Origin: an uncultured delta proteobacterium
Lineage (GTDB): Bacteria > Desulfobacterota > Binatia > UBA9968
Length of the DNA: 64,000 nucleotides
Direction: 5' to 3'
Assembly: GCA_963847445.1 (NCBI GenBank)
Contig: CAWJZV010000011.1
Location: 64,001-128,000, forward strand
Part shown: piece after piece, positions 20,153 to 30,129 of the stretch
How positions within the stretch are numbered: position 1 is the stretch's first letter
How the letters are laid out: each line of letters begins with the position of its first letter
Made by a program: the position numbers and the translations under genes
Notes under the pieces: generated by a model
Databases searched by the model: none
What the model was told of the DNA's origin: nothing
Seen by the model: only the letters and a program-made list of their open reading frames with translations

Positions 20153-20872
20153 TCAGTGGGCCAACAGCGTGCCCATCCAACTGACCGCTAGGCCAATGGC
20201 GAGAAAAACCAGCGTCAGCGGATTGCGCTGCTCGATGCGGTGCACATGGGGCAATATGTCGGCGGTGGCGATGGCCAGGAAAGTGCCGGCGGACAAGCCG
20301 ATGGCGACGGCGACATTCTCTGGAGAGAGCGTGCGGAAGCAGAAAAAAGCCAGCAGCGCGCCGATGGGGGTGGTGAGGGAAAACAGCAGATTGAGCTTGC
20401 CGACTTTATGGCGCTCCCAGCCGGCGGAGAGCAGGATCGACGAGATCGACATGCTGTCGGGCATCTTGTGAATGATCACGGCGAGCAACACCACCGGGCC
20501 GAGCTGCGGCAGAATCAGACCGGCGCCGAGCGCGATGCCGTCGAGCAAACTGTGCAACGAGATGCCGAGGAACGCTGGGATACCCATTTGATGGACGTCG
20601 CAGTCGTGTTCTTCGCAGGCATGGACGAAGACAAACCGTTCCATGACGAAGATCAGCAGGAAACCGGCCAGCACCGGCAAGCCGAGGTTTTCTCCCAGTA
20701 CTTTTCCGGTCTCGGGCAACATGTGAAAAAACACCGCGCCGAGCAAGACCCCGGCGCTAAAACTGAGCAGCAGGGCGAGGGCGCGTTGCGACAACGCCCG
20801 CATCAATGGCAGGAAGCCGCCGAGCAGCGAGATGAAAACCACCGTCGGCAAATATATCGCTAAAGCAGACAT
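20153..20872 (-). CDS. ZIP family metal transporter
   Basis: FSAGVLL, HSLLDG and HKMPD metal-site helices; His/Cys loop HACEEHDCDVH. Confidence 0.9.
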   Translation of the reverse strand: MSALAIYLPTVVFISLLGGFLPLMRALSQRALALLLSFSAGVLLGAVFFHMLPETGKVLGENLGLPVLAGFLLIFVMERFVFVHACEEHDCDVHQMGIPAFLGISLHSLLDGIALGAGLILPQLGPVVLLAVIIHKMPDSMSISSILLSAGWERHKVGKLNLLFSLTTPIGALLAFFCFRTLSPENVAVAIGLSAGTFLAIATADILPHVHRIEQRNPLTLVFLAIGLAVSWMGTLLAH

Positions 20873-21009
20873 GGTGAATAACGCCGAAAGCTAGCATAGG
20901 CCCGGATGCGTCGCAATCGGCGGGTAATCGGCATAACCTCCACGCAAGATAGCCGGTCGTTGTGACCCATTGGTTGCGAGCCGAGTCTATCGATGGTAAC
21001 GATTTTTCC

Positions 21010-21570
21010 ATGCAAAATTTCTCATATTCAAAAAAACCTGATTCCTGGAAATTTATCTTTGCGGTTTGCGCCTTGTCGTTGTCGGTGGGAGCCGGCTGCT
21101 CATTAGTCGGCTCAGGCGAACGGGCGACCGCCGAACTCAAGGACAAGGATGGCAAGACCATCGGGATGGCGTCGTTTGTCGAAGCCGGCAGCGGTGTGCG
21201 GGTTCGATTGGAAGTAAACGGACTGAGCGCCGGACTGCACGCGGTGCATATCCATGCTGTCGGCAAATGCGATACCCCCGCGTTTACCAGCGCCGGCGGA
21301 CATTTTAATCCGGCTCAAAGGAAACATGGCCATCGCAGTCCGGAGGGCGCCCACGCCGGCGATTTGCCCAATATGTTGGTAGCGAAGGATGGCATGGGCC
21401 GTTTCGAAGCGTTCACCGATGGAGTGACTCTCAGAGCCGGGCCGCTGTCGATCTTTGACGCCGATGGCAGCGCCCTGGTCGTTCACGCCGGAGTCGACGA
21501 TTACGCCACCGACCCGACGGGAAACGCCGGAGATCGCGCCGCCTGTGGATTGATCGTCGCGCGCAACTGA
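21010..21570 (+). CDS. sodC: Cu/Zn superoxide dismutase (lipoprotein)
   Basis: HAVHIH, SAGGHFNP, HAGDLPN, GNAGDRAACG motifs; lipobox GAGC. Confidence 0.93.
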   Translation: MQNFSYSKKPDSWKFIFAVCALSLSVGAGCSLVGSGERATAELKDKDGKTIGMASFVEAGSGVRVRLEVNGLSAGLHAVHIHAVGKCDTPAFTSAGGHFNPAQRKHGHRSPEGAHAGDLPNMLVAKDGMGRFEAFTDGVTLRAGPLSIFDADGSALVVHAGVDDYATDPTGNAGDRAACGLIVARN

Positions 21571-21614
21571 TGCTTCGCCGTCACCCGTCGCGCGATGGAT
21601 TCAGAGGCCCGGCT

Positions 21615-22608
21615 TCAGCCGGTTAGTTTTTTCAAGTCTTTTAAATCTTCGATGATCTCGAAGTCTTGCTGCAGACTTTCCAACTTCTCGCCGATTTGTT
21701 CGATTTTTTCGTCAGCCAAGTTGCCGAGAAAGGCATCGGCCTTGGCCAGATGAATTGACTTTGCGCGGTTCGAGTTTCATCAGCCGCGCCGCGCTGGCGT
21801 CGACCGACACGAAGTCGTCGCCGAAGATCAGCACTCCGGCGTTTTTGGCCTGGCCTTGCAGCGGGCCGTTGCCCTCCATGCCGACGATGCCGTCGACGAT
21901 GGCGAACTGCGGCAGCGGCAGGGAGCTGTTGATATCCAAGATGCTGTTGTCGATGCCTTGCCAGTGGAGAATGTTCTTCGGCCAGCCGTAGACCGTCCCG
22001 GGAATGATGCCGAACAGGTTTTTCATCGATAGCGTCACGCCGGCCCAATGATGGGTCTTCAACTTGGGCATGGAGACCAGCAGGTCGGCGTTGAACAGTG
22101 TCTCCGGCAGGTACAGTTGTTTGAAGCTGGTATAGCTGCTGCGCACCGGTGTGGCGCGGACATCGTCGGAGTTGAGATCGACGTAGCGGACCTTATGTTC
22201 GCGTATGACATCGTAAAGTCCCGAGGCCGAGAGTAAATATTCGTTGTCGCGCCGATGGCCGGGCCCTTCGGCGACGATTACTTCGGCGGCGCCGAGAGTG
22301 CGAAAGGCATCGATGGCCGCCTCGATGACCGCCGGGTTGGTATTGATCACGCCTTTGGGGTCGAATTCGACTAGGTTCGGCTTGAGGACGATTCTTTTTC
22401 CTGTGACCTGCAAACCGCAAAGTTTGATACCTCTCAGGATCACGTCCTTGAGCGGTTGGTCGTAACCCTTGGCCGCCAGGATGGCGACCCGCGAGGCGGC
22501 TTGCTTGCGAAATGCCTCAGGCTGCCAGCGCCCGGAAGATTGGCAATTGGCGAGTGTCGTGCTGAGCGAGCCCAGGGCGGTGTATTTAAGAAATTGTCGG
22601 CGACGCAT
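21615..22608 (-). CDS. DUF362 domain protein with Tat-like signal; frameshift near 21752
   Basis: MRRRQFLK, VLKPNLV, PKLKTHHWAGVTLSMKNLFG, GMEGNGP. The shifted frame continues HLAKADAFLGN...KLTG to a stop at 21615. Confidence 0.8.
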
Positions 22609-22617
22609 GGTTTGATC

Positions 22618-23520
22618 TTAAATGTGAAAAGGATTGGACTTGCCCCGCAGCGCGATTAATGCCAGAGCGAGCGTCTTAGTCTCGCCCAGGAATGCCGTGG
22701 CGGCGAAGCGTTTTTCGATCCGTTTGTGAAACTGCGAATGGTCTTGCCCGTAGAGGTTCAGACAGATGGCCGCCCAACAGAGGCCAAAGCCAGAATCGGT
22801 TTCGAGGGCGATCTTGCTTAGGACTTGCAGACTTTCTTGATTGGCTTTCTCCTTCGCATGATCTTGCATGGCGATCAATGCCAGCGCGGTGATATCCGGG
22901 TAGGGCCAAAGCGCGTAGTCTAAAACCTTGGAGTTGCCATAATTCCAACCGCCGCCGGTGCACATGCGATCGTAGATCATCGCGTCAGCTTGGCGAATGC
23001 GCTCGTCGACGTTGGTGCCGGCAAGTCGACCACGCTGTTTTTTCAGTGCAATCAGCGCATAGCTGGTCGGCTCCACCCAGCTAAATGATCTCGGTACCCA
23101 GGACCAGCCGATGAGATCTTTGTTGAGTTTGTTGGCGCCCGATTTGCCGGTGGCCCACAGGACGATCTCAGCGAGAATGCCGGGTTTGCTGCCCTCTTGC
23201 TCGAGCAGCCAGCGCGCCGCGGCGAGCACACGCTCGCTGTGCTCCGCACTATCGCCGAGTGCGGTGATCGCTAGGGCCGTCGTCCAAGAGCCTTCCTTGA
23301 CGGTTTCGTTGAGCGGCCAACTTTGGTCTTGGTTTTGTTGTCGCACCAACCAAGCGACGCCGCGTTTGCGGCTTTCCGCCAGTTCGTTGTCCGTTAGCGC
23401 TGTCAGCGCGGCGACGGCTAAGGAGGTAGCTTCGGTGTTGCTGCGCTTGCCGCGTAGCGCGCCCCAACCGCCATCCGGGTTTTGGTTTTGCAGCAGGTCG
23501 GTGATGATTCGGTCGAGCAT
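22618..23520 (-). CDS. Prenyltransferase/squalene oxidase repeat protein
   Basis: QNPDGGWG, QNQDQSW, GGWNYGN repeats. Confidence 0.8.
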   Translation of the reverse strand: MLDRIITDLLQNQNPDGGWGALRGKRSNTEATSLAVAALTALTDNELAESRKRGVAWLVRQQNQDQSWPLNETVKEGSWTTALAITALGDSAEHSERVLAAARWLLEQEGSKPGILAEIVLWATGKSGANKLNKDLIGWSWVPRSFSWVEPTSYALIALKKQRGRLAGTNVDERIRQADAMIYDRMCTGGGWNYGNSKVLDYALWPYPDITALALIAMQDHAKEKANQESLQVLSKIALETDSGFGLCWAAICLNLYGQDHSQFHKRIEKRFAATAFLGETKTLALALIALRGKSNPFHI

Positions 23521-23589
23521 CGCTAATTGGCAGTGGTTCGGTCAGTCGGGGCTATTATAGCAGATCTTTGGTCACGGAACTCGGCGCGG

Positions 23590-24336
23590 CTATTGGAGAA
23601 AATGCAGCCGCGCCTGGCCGCAGCCGAGCTGCCGTTCCGCTTCCGCGATCCGTTCTTGGGTGCCGAGATCTTGCCAGAAGCCTTGGAAACCATAGCCGCA
23701 GAGCTTCTCACCGGCGCCCAACATGCGCGGATAGGTTTCCCTGGTGGTGCTGAATTTTTTTAAGCCGCGGCCATCCATGTAGTCGAAGATCCGCGGTTCG
23801 AGAATCTGCACGCCGGTGAACATCAATTTTTTCACTGCGCCAACCGGCGGTTCCGGAGATCGGTGCTCGAGAAAGCGGCAGATCCGGCCGTCGGCGCCGA
23901 TATCGATGGAGCCATAGCGGTCGGCGTCGGCATCGGGCCGCAGCACCAGTGTGGCTGCCGCATGATGTTGCCGATGGTAGTTCAGCACTTCGGCTAAATT
24001 TATGTCGATTAGGGCGTCGGTGTTGATGACGATGAACGTGCTGTCCTGTAAAAACTCTTTGGCTTTCAGCAGTCCGCCGCCGGTGTCTAAGAGCTCGGGC
24101 TCGTGGGAATAGCTGAGGTTTACGGCGAAGCGCTGGCCATCGCCCAGGTGGTTTTCGACCTGCGCGCCAAAATGATGCAGGTTGATGACGATATCGCGGA
24201 CGCCGTAATGGCGCAGCAGCAGCAGGCCAAACTCGATCATTGGCCGGCCGGCCACCGGCACCAGCGCTTTGGGCATGCCGTCGGTGATCGGCCGCAGGCG
24301 CGTGCCTTGGCCGGCGGCCAGCACCATGGCTTTCAT
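23590..24336 (-). CDS. murU: Nucleotidyltransferase (MurU-like)
   Basis: MKAMVLAAGQGTRLRPIT...PKALVPV; LLDTGGGL; directly downstream of an AmgK-like kinase. Confidence 0.75.
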   Translation of the reverse strand: MKAMVLAAGQGTRLRPITDGMPKALVPVAGRPMIEFGLLLLRHYGVRDIVINLHHFGAQVENHLGDGQRFAVNLSYSHEPELLDTGGGLLKAKEFLQDSTFIVINTDALIDINLAEVLNYHRQHHAAATLVLRPDADADRYGSIDIGADGRICRFLEHRSPEPPVGAVKKLMFTGVQILEPRIFDYMDGRGLKKFSTTRETYPRMLGAGEKLCGYGFQGFWQDLGTQERIAEAERQLGCGQARLHFLQ

Positions 24337-24356
24337 GAATGCCCCCGATGGCGCCC

Positions 24357-24414
24357 AATGGAGAATGGAGAATCCAGAGGGAAAATTTTCCATTTTCCAT
24401 TTTCCATTATCCAT
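24357..24414. repeat. Inverted heptamer tandem array hairpin (AATGGAR / ATTTTCC)
   Basis: aatggag aatggag aat ... attttcc attttcc attttcc attatcc between the kinase stop and the murU start. Confidence 0.85.
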
Positions 24415-24417
24415 GAG

Positions 24418-25494
24418 TCATAGCATCGCCTCAAAATGTTCGCGCAACAGCGGCAGGATTTTCTCAGTCTGCGCCACTTGGGCGAGATTGCGCTGGAGCC
24501 GGCGCACGGTGGGCGGGACAAATTTCATATACCCCGGTTTGCCTTTGACCAGATCGAGATAGTAGAAGCGGCCGACGACTTTTAAGTCGCGTTGGATCGC
24601 CGACAGGCGGTAGATCTCCAAAAATTCCTGCCGCGAGATGGCGCGGCCTGATAGCTCGATGGCTCTTTCGCGATAATACGCGACCAGCTGTTGTTCGATA
24701 TGCGGTTGGACGACAGCGTCGGTGATACGATCGTTCAACAGCGAGGCGAGATCGTATTGTGGCGGCGCGAGCAGGGCGTCTTGAAAATCGATGACGCATA
24801 CCGCGTCGTCGTGGATCATCAGATTCCAACTATGGTAATCGCGGTGATTGAGACAGGGCGGTTGGCGGTCGAGCCTCTGCGCGATGGCGGCGAAGGTCTC
24901 GCGCAGCGTCGACAGCGCAGTGGTCGAGATCTTTGCGCCCGGCCGTTTTTCCAAACCCCATTCGATAAAATGCTCGAATTCCCAATTATAGAGTTTTTCG
25001 TCGAAGCGTTGCTGAAAGGCGATGCAGGCCTCGTCGCGATTCTCGGTGCCAGCGGTTTGCAAGCGTAAGAGTTCGTCGATGGCTTTTTTATACCAGCCGA
25101 TGACTTCGCTTTCGGGCAATCCCTGCACTCGGTCCCACAAAGCGACATCGCCCAAGTCTTCGAGCAGCAGCAGGCCATCGGCTGCCCAGTGGCCGTAGAT
25201 CTTCGGCACTCTGACACCGACACGATCGAGGAAACGGTGAACGTTCAAGAACGGTAGTTCTTTGGGCGCGTCTTTGAAGACCGCCAACTCCTCGCTGGAG
25301 ATTGGCAAGCCGCTGCCGGCGGGCAATTGCATCGCCATCAGCGATGGCGGCGGACCGGCGCCGTTGAGGTACACGCGGTAGTAGCGCCGAGTCGACGCGT
25401 CGCCGGGCAGGGCCGTGATGCCGGTGATTGCCGTGTTGTGGCCGAAAAGCGCGTCGACTTTTTCGGCAATCAGTTGATCGATGGATGCAGCCAA
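24418..25494 (-). CDS. amgK: Aminoglycoside-phosphotransferase-family sugar kinase (AmgK-like)
   Basis: GDASTRRYYR, LLLEDLGD, HRDYHSWNLM, IDFQDA, YDLASLL motifs. Confidence 0.8.
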   Translation of the reverse strand: MAASIDQLIAEKVDALFGHNTAITGITALPGDASTRRYYRVYLNGAGPPPSLMAMQLPAGSGLPISSEELAVFKDAPKELPFLNVHRFLDRVGVRVPKIYGHWAADGLLLLEDLGDVALWDRVQGLPESEVIGWYKKAIDELLRLQTAGTENRDEACIAFQQRFDEKLYNWEFEHFIEWGLEKRPGAKISTTALSTLRETFAAIAQRLDRQPPCLNHRDYHSWNLMIHDDAVCVIDFQDALLAPPQYDLASLLNDRITDAVVQPHIEQQLVAYYRERAIELSGRAISRQEFLEIYRLSAIQRDLKVVGRFYYLDLVKGKPGYMKFVPPTVRRLQRNLAQVAQTEKILPLLREHFEAML

Positions 25495-25566
25495 GGGTGG
25501 GATTGGGTTTCGCTAACGGTTATTTCCGCCTGGGTGATCTCGTATGCTGCCGACACCGCCGGCCGT

Positions 25567-25791
25567 TCAGACTTCTCAGGTGCCGCCGAAGCCGACGGTG
25601 ACCTTACCGTCTTGGACGATCACGGGAATTTTGCGCCGGCCATTGGTGAGCTGCCTCATGCGCTCGAGACCGGCATCGTCTGCCAAGACGTTGACATAGT
25701 CGAAGGGCACTTTGCGCCGGGTGAAGTCCGCACGGGCTCCCGAAGTAAAAGCTCAAAGATCTTGGCCGTATATAGTAACGTTTTCTGCCAT
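25567..25791 (-). CDS. UXX-star family glutaredoxin-like selenoprotein, 74 aa, two Sec
   Basis: Manual translation: MAENVTIYGQDL-U-AFTSGARADFTRRKVPFDYVNVLADDAGLERMRQLTNGRRKIPVIVQDGKVTVGFGGT-U-EV-stop. In-frame TGA at 25755-25753 and 25578-25576, each followed by a hairpin. Confidence 0.88.
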
Positions 25792-25938
25792 GGTACTGCG
25801 GCTGGATGGCCGGTTAACGCTTGCGTTCCGTCGATATCATCAAGGTAAGCGCGGCCGGGGCAAATTGCAAGTGTGGTTAGGCCTATGTTAGTTTCGTGAG
25901 AATTTATTTCTAGCTTGCTCGCAGACGGAGATTTTCCC

Positions 25939-26832
25939 GTGTCCACCCGCATTAGCATTGCTCAGGTCAACCCAAGACTTGGCGACCTCCAGGCCAACCT
26001 GGCGCTGTATGAAGAACGCATCGGCCACGCCGTCGCTGACAAAGCTGAGCTGCTCTTATTCCCCGAGTTGAGTCTCACCGGCTACATGCTGCGTGATACC
26101 GTGCCGGCCGTGGCGTTGAAGCTCGACGCACCGGAGATCAAGCAGCTCATGACGCTTAGCCGCAAACTGTCCTTCATCGCCGGTCTGGTGGAGGAGAGCC
26201 CCGATCACAGGTTTTTCAACTCGGCGGTCTATTTCGAAGATGGCGAGATTCGCCATGTGCACCGTAAAGTCTATCTGCCGACCTATGGCATGTTCGACGA
26301 GCAACGCTACTTCGCCCGCGGCGACCGGGTGCGCGCCTTCGACAGCAAATTCGGCCGTATGGCGCTGTTGATCTGTGAAGACCTCTGGCATCCCTCGACG
26401 ATTTACTTAGCTGCCTTGGATGGCGCCCTGGCGGTGCTCTGTCCGTCGGCGAGCCCACTGCGCGGCATTGTCGACCAGCAGAGCCAGGACGACAACGCGC
26501 GCTACTGGGAAATGCTCAATCGCGTCTATGCCGAGACCTACAGCCTGTTCATGATCTACGGCAACCGCTGCGGTTTTGAAGACGGCGTCGGCTTCTGGGG
26601 CGGTTCCGAGATCCTCGATCCCTTCGGCGAGCGGCTCGCTAAAGCGCGCTACTATGACGAGGACTTCATCGCCGTCGACGCTAGCTTCGAAGCGGTGCGG
26701 CGCAAACGCACCATGTCGCCGCTGTTGCGCGACGAAGATTTGGATCTGACGATCAACGAGCTGATGCGCATTCGCGAGCGGCCGGGAGCGAATAGCGTTC
26801 AAACGTTCAAAGGTTCCAAAGGTTCAAGGTAG
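25939..26832 (+). CDS. Carbon-nitrogen hydrolase (nitrilase family), probable glutaminase subunit of NAD synthetase
   Basis: [33 protein letters not shown] catalytic E-K-C; adjacent to nadE. Confidence 0.85.
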   Translation: MSTRISIAQVNPRLGDLQANLALYEERIGHAVADKAELLLFPELSLTGYMLRDTVPAVALKLDAPEIKQLMTLSRKLSFIAGLVEESPDHRFFNSAVYFEDGEIRHVHRKVYLPTYGMFDEQRYFARGDRVRAFDSKFGRMALLICEDLWHPSTIYLAALDGALAVLCPSASPLRGIVDQQSQDDNARYWEMLNRVYAETYSLFMIYGNRCGFEDGVGFWGGSEILDPFGERLAKARYYDEDFIAVDASFEAVRRKRTMSPLLRDEDLDLTINELMRIRERPGANSVQTFKGSKGSR

Positions 26833-26906
26833 GTCAATCGCCGAGAAGAAATAGCGCGCGGCAAGAGTCTATTAGCCCCTGCCAACTATCAAGCGATCCC
26901 TTTGCG

Positions 26907-27728
26907 ATGATTCAGATCCCGACCAACACTGCTTTGCTGCGCCAGATTCTCGTCGCATTTATTCGCAATGAAGTGCGCAAGACCGGGCTGGCGCGCGTCG
27001 TCGTCGGTCTTTCCGGCGGAGTGGATTCGGCGCTGAGCGCGATGTTGGCGGCTGAGGCCTTAGGTCCGCAAAACGTATTGGGCGTCTTGATGCCTTACAA
27101 GAGCTCCAACCCGGATAGCCAGGCCCATGCCGAGATGGTCGTGCAAAAAAGCGGTATCGAGTCGCTGTTGGTCGACATCACGCCGCAGATCGACGGATAT
27201 TTTGCCGGCTTCCCCGATGCCGACGCGCGCCGGCGCGGCAACAAGATGGCGCGCGAACGCATGACGATTCTTTACGACCAATCGATGCGCTGGAGCGCTT
27301 TAGTTATCGGCACCAGCAACAAGACCGAACTTTTGCTGGGCTATGGCACGCTGCACGGCGACATGGCTTCGGCGATCAATCCGCTCGGCGATCTCTACAA
27401 GACCCAAGTGTGGGCGCTCTCCGAGGCGATCGGCGTGCCTCAGGTCATCGTCCAGAAAGAGCCGTCGGCGGATCTGTGGAGCGGCCAGACCGACGAGGGT
27501 GAGTTGGGTTTTACCTACCGCGAAGTAGACAAGCTGCTCTATTTGATGGTCGACCAGCGTTACACCAAAGCCGAGCTGGTCGCCGCCGGCTTCCCCGAAC
27601 GGTTCATCGACGACATCGCCGCGCGCATCATGAATTCCCAATTCAAGCGGCGCCTGCCGGTGATCGCCAAGGTTTCGCAACGCACCATCGACCGCGACTT
27701 CCGCTATTCGCGGGATTGGGGGAAGTGA
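26907..27728 (+). CDS. nadE: NAD+ synthetase
   Basis: [38 protein letters not shown] motifs. Confidence 0.95.
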   Translation: MIQIPTNTALLRQILVAFIRNEVRKTGLARVVVGLSGGVDSALSAMLAAEALGPQNVLGVLMPYKSSNPDSQAHAEMVVQKSGIESLLVDITPQIDGYFAGFPDADARRRGNKMARERMTILYDQSMRWSALVIGTSNKTELLLGYGTLHGDMASAINPLGDLYKTQVWALSEAIGVPQVIVQKEPSADLWSGQTDEGELGFTYREVDKLLYLMVDQRYTKAELVAAGFPERFIDDIAARIMNSQFKRRLPVIAKVSQRTIDRDFRYSRDWGK

Positions 27729-28209
27729 GATAGAGATAGAGATAGAGATAGAGACTGGAGAAAGAGACTTGGAGGGCGAGGCGGCGAGCGAGCCAAGTTG
27801 TGGAAGGAATGTTTAAGTTTTAACGGCTTGACGTGTGGATCAAGTCCATCGCCCTTTACGATCAGATTACATCACTTTCGTTGTCCATCCATCAACGAGA
27901 TCAGTACTCACTTGGAGATCAGATTCGCCGAGCATCATTGTCTATATCCACGAACATTGCTGAAGGAACAGGTCGAGATAGCCCAAGGCAATCGAGATAT
28001 TTCTATAACATTGCCAAAGGTTCCGTCTACGAGGTCGTGAGCTTGCTCCATGTTTGTAAGAAGCAAAATTGCATGCAAGACGATCAATTTCAGAGATTAT
28101 ATGTTCAATGTGATGAAATTGCCCGCATGATAACCGGCCTGATGAAGCGCTAACCGTGCATTCATAGATCCGGTTCTGGTCTCAAATCTCTATCTCAAGT
28201 CTCTATCTT
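27727..28209. mobile_element. Four-helix-bundle cassette flanked by inverted GAGATA / TATCTC hexamer arrays
   Basis: (gagata)x4 gagact at 27727-27756; ggtctc aaatctc tatctc aagtctc tatctt at 28178-28209. Mobility is inferred. Confidence 0.6.
27809..28153 (+). CDS. Four helix bundle protein with in-frame TAA at codon 5 (pseudogene or base error)
   Basis: ATG TTT AAG TTT TAA CGG CTT GAC GTG TGG = MFKF*RLDVW; then DQIRRASLSISTNIAEG, IAKGSVYEVVS. Confidence 0.85.
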
Positions 28210-28213
28210 CCCC

Positions 28214-29058
28214 ATGCCCGGCATCCTCTACATCGTGCCAACTCCAATCGGCAATCTCGAAGACATCACTTTGCGCGCCCTGCGGGTTCTCAAAGAAGTC
28301 GAATTGATCGCCGCGGAGGACACCCGGCACACGCAGCATTTGCTCGCGCACTTTGGCATCAAGACGGCACTGACCAGCTATCACGACCATAACGAACGCG
28401 GCAAAGCACGGACTCTGGTGGAACGCCTTAAGAGCGGCGCCAGCATCGCGCTGGTGTCCGACGCCGGCACGCCGGCGATTTCCGATCCGGGTTATCGCAT
28501 TGTCGTCGACGCGATTCAGGCCGGGATTCAGGTCGTTCCGTTGCCTGGCGCCTCGGCGTTGACGACGGCGCTCAGTGCGAGTGGCTTGCCGACGGACCGT
28601 TTTTTGTTCGAAGGTTTTCTGCCGGCCAAGGCGCAGGAGCGCAAAGCCAAGTTGCAAAGCCTGCGCGGCGAAGTGGCGACTTTGGTGTTCTACGAGGCGC
28701 CGCACCGGCTCTTGGATTCGCTCGCCGAAATGCTCGAAGATCTTCGGCGACCGGGAGATCGCCGTCGCCCGCGAGCTGACCAAGGTTCACGAGGAGTTTG
28801 TGCGCGGCAAGTTGAGCGAAGTCATCGGCGCGCTTGCGGACCGCGACATTAAAGGCGAAATCGTGATTATGGTGCAGTGGCACCAGCGGCGAGGCGCAGG
28901 TGTCTGACGAGGAACTGCACGGGACGATCCGCCAACTCGCCGGCAACGGCATGGGCGTGAAGGAGATCGCGGAGTTGCTGGGTGAGCGCTACGGACTGGC
29001 GAAGAAGGAAGTTTATAAGCTAGCGCTCGATCTCAAGGCTTCCAAGCTCGCCAAGTGA
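28214..29058 (+). CDS. rsmI: 16S rRNA (cytidine1402-2'-O)-methyltransferase; frameshifts near 28740 and 28880
   Basis: [44 protein letters not shown] motifs. Confidence 0.93.
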
Positions 29059-29061
29059 GCT

Positions 29062-29356
29062 TTACTCGCGCCGAATCGCGAAGCCGACAAAACTATTCTC
29101 CGGCTTTTGCCACTGTACTGCGACATCAGCGACCCGCGCGCCTTGCGGTCCTTGACGACACCAGGCGATGAGTTCTTCTAATTTTCGCTTGCCAACCTTC
29201 CGCCACCGCTTCCACCGAACCGTCGGCACGATTCATCACCCAACCGGTGAGGCCCAAGCGCTGCGCCTCCTGTAACATGGAGGCGCGGTAATATACGCCC
29301 TGGACCCGGCCCGAGATATGGAGATGGACGGAACTTTTTTCCAGCGGATTGGTCAT
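29062..29356 (-). CDS. acyP: Acylphosphatase; frameshift near 29180
   Basis: [23 protein letters not shown] motifs. Confidence 0.88.
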
Positions 29357-29579
29357 GGGATTCTCGCAAGTATCTAACCTAGACCGATGGCTGCGGCAAG
29401 ACGACGGTGACGTTTGAGGTCAATCCCTCGGTGGCAATCGCACCCCTTCGACCTCGCTCTGGACATGCTTCGCGTGAAACAATCCGACATCGACCGGTTC
29501 GCGAAGCACGCGGTCGAAAAGCCTTCATCACTTCGCGGTTAAACCCTGTTCACAGTAGAACCCGGAAGAACCAAAAGAT

Positions 29580-29609
29580 TTGACAAGCGGCCAGCGACTT
29601 TTGTAGCCT
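29580..29609 (+). promoter_or_regulatory. Putative sigma70 promoter of the RRM gene
   Basis: TTGACA-18 nt-TAGCCT. Confidence 0.5.
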
Positions 29610-29750
29610 AGCGGCGTTTTTTTTCACGGGGTCAGGTTACCGAAGAGCGGGCCGCGAGGTTCCCGTCCGTGCGACACCTGTTTGCGGCCCGGCTTTTTGG
29701 CTCGGTCGATCCCGCGATGAGTATTCGTCGATCCTACAAGGAGGGCCAAG

Positions 29751-30075
29751 ATGGCAGCGAAGCTATATGTTGGCAATCTCGCCTACGCCGTCACCGACGA
29801 CCGGCTGCAGCAGCATTTCGCGCAGCATGGGTCGGTGGTCAGCGCGCGGGTCATCACCGATAAGTTCAGCGGCCGGTCCAAGGGGTTCGGTTTTGTCGAG
29901 ATGGCGTCCGACTGCCGACGCCGAGAAAGCGTTGAAGGCGCTCAACGGCACCGAGTTCGAAGGGCGCAATATCGTCGTCAGCGAAGCGCGCCCGCAGACG
30001 CCGCGGCCGAGCGGCGCCGGCCGTCATGCAAGTGGCGGCGCACCGCCGCCACAGCGCGACCGCGATCGATTTTAA
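29751..30075 (+). CDS. RRM (RNP-1) RNA-binding protein; frameshift near 29910
   Basis: KLYVGNL (RNP2), RSKGFGFVEM (RNP1), ALNGTEFEGRNIVVSEARP; RBS aaggagg. Confidence 0.92.
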
Positions 30076-30129
30076 CCGCGGATTACACAGTCGCTGCTCG
30101 GTAGTCCATCCGACAAAGGGCAAACCCTC

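Noticed and set aside
27727-27756. (GAGATA)n as a phase-variation microsatellite
   Set aside because: It is intergenic after a stop and has a complementary partner arm 420 nt away; better explained as a cassette arm.
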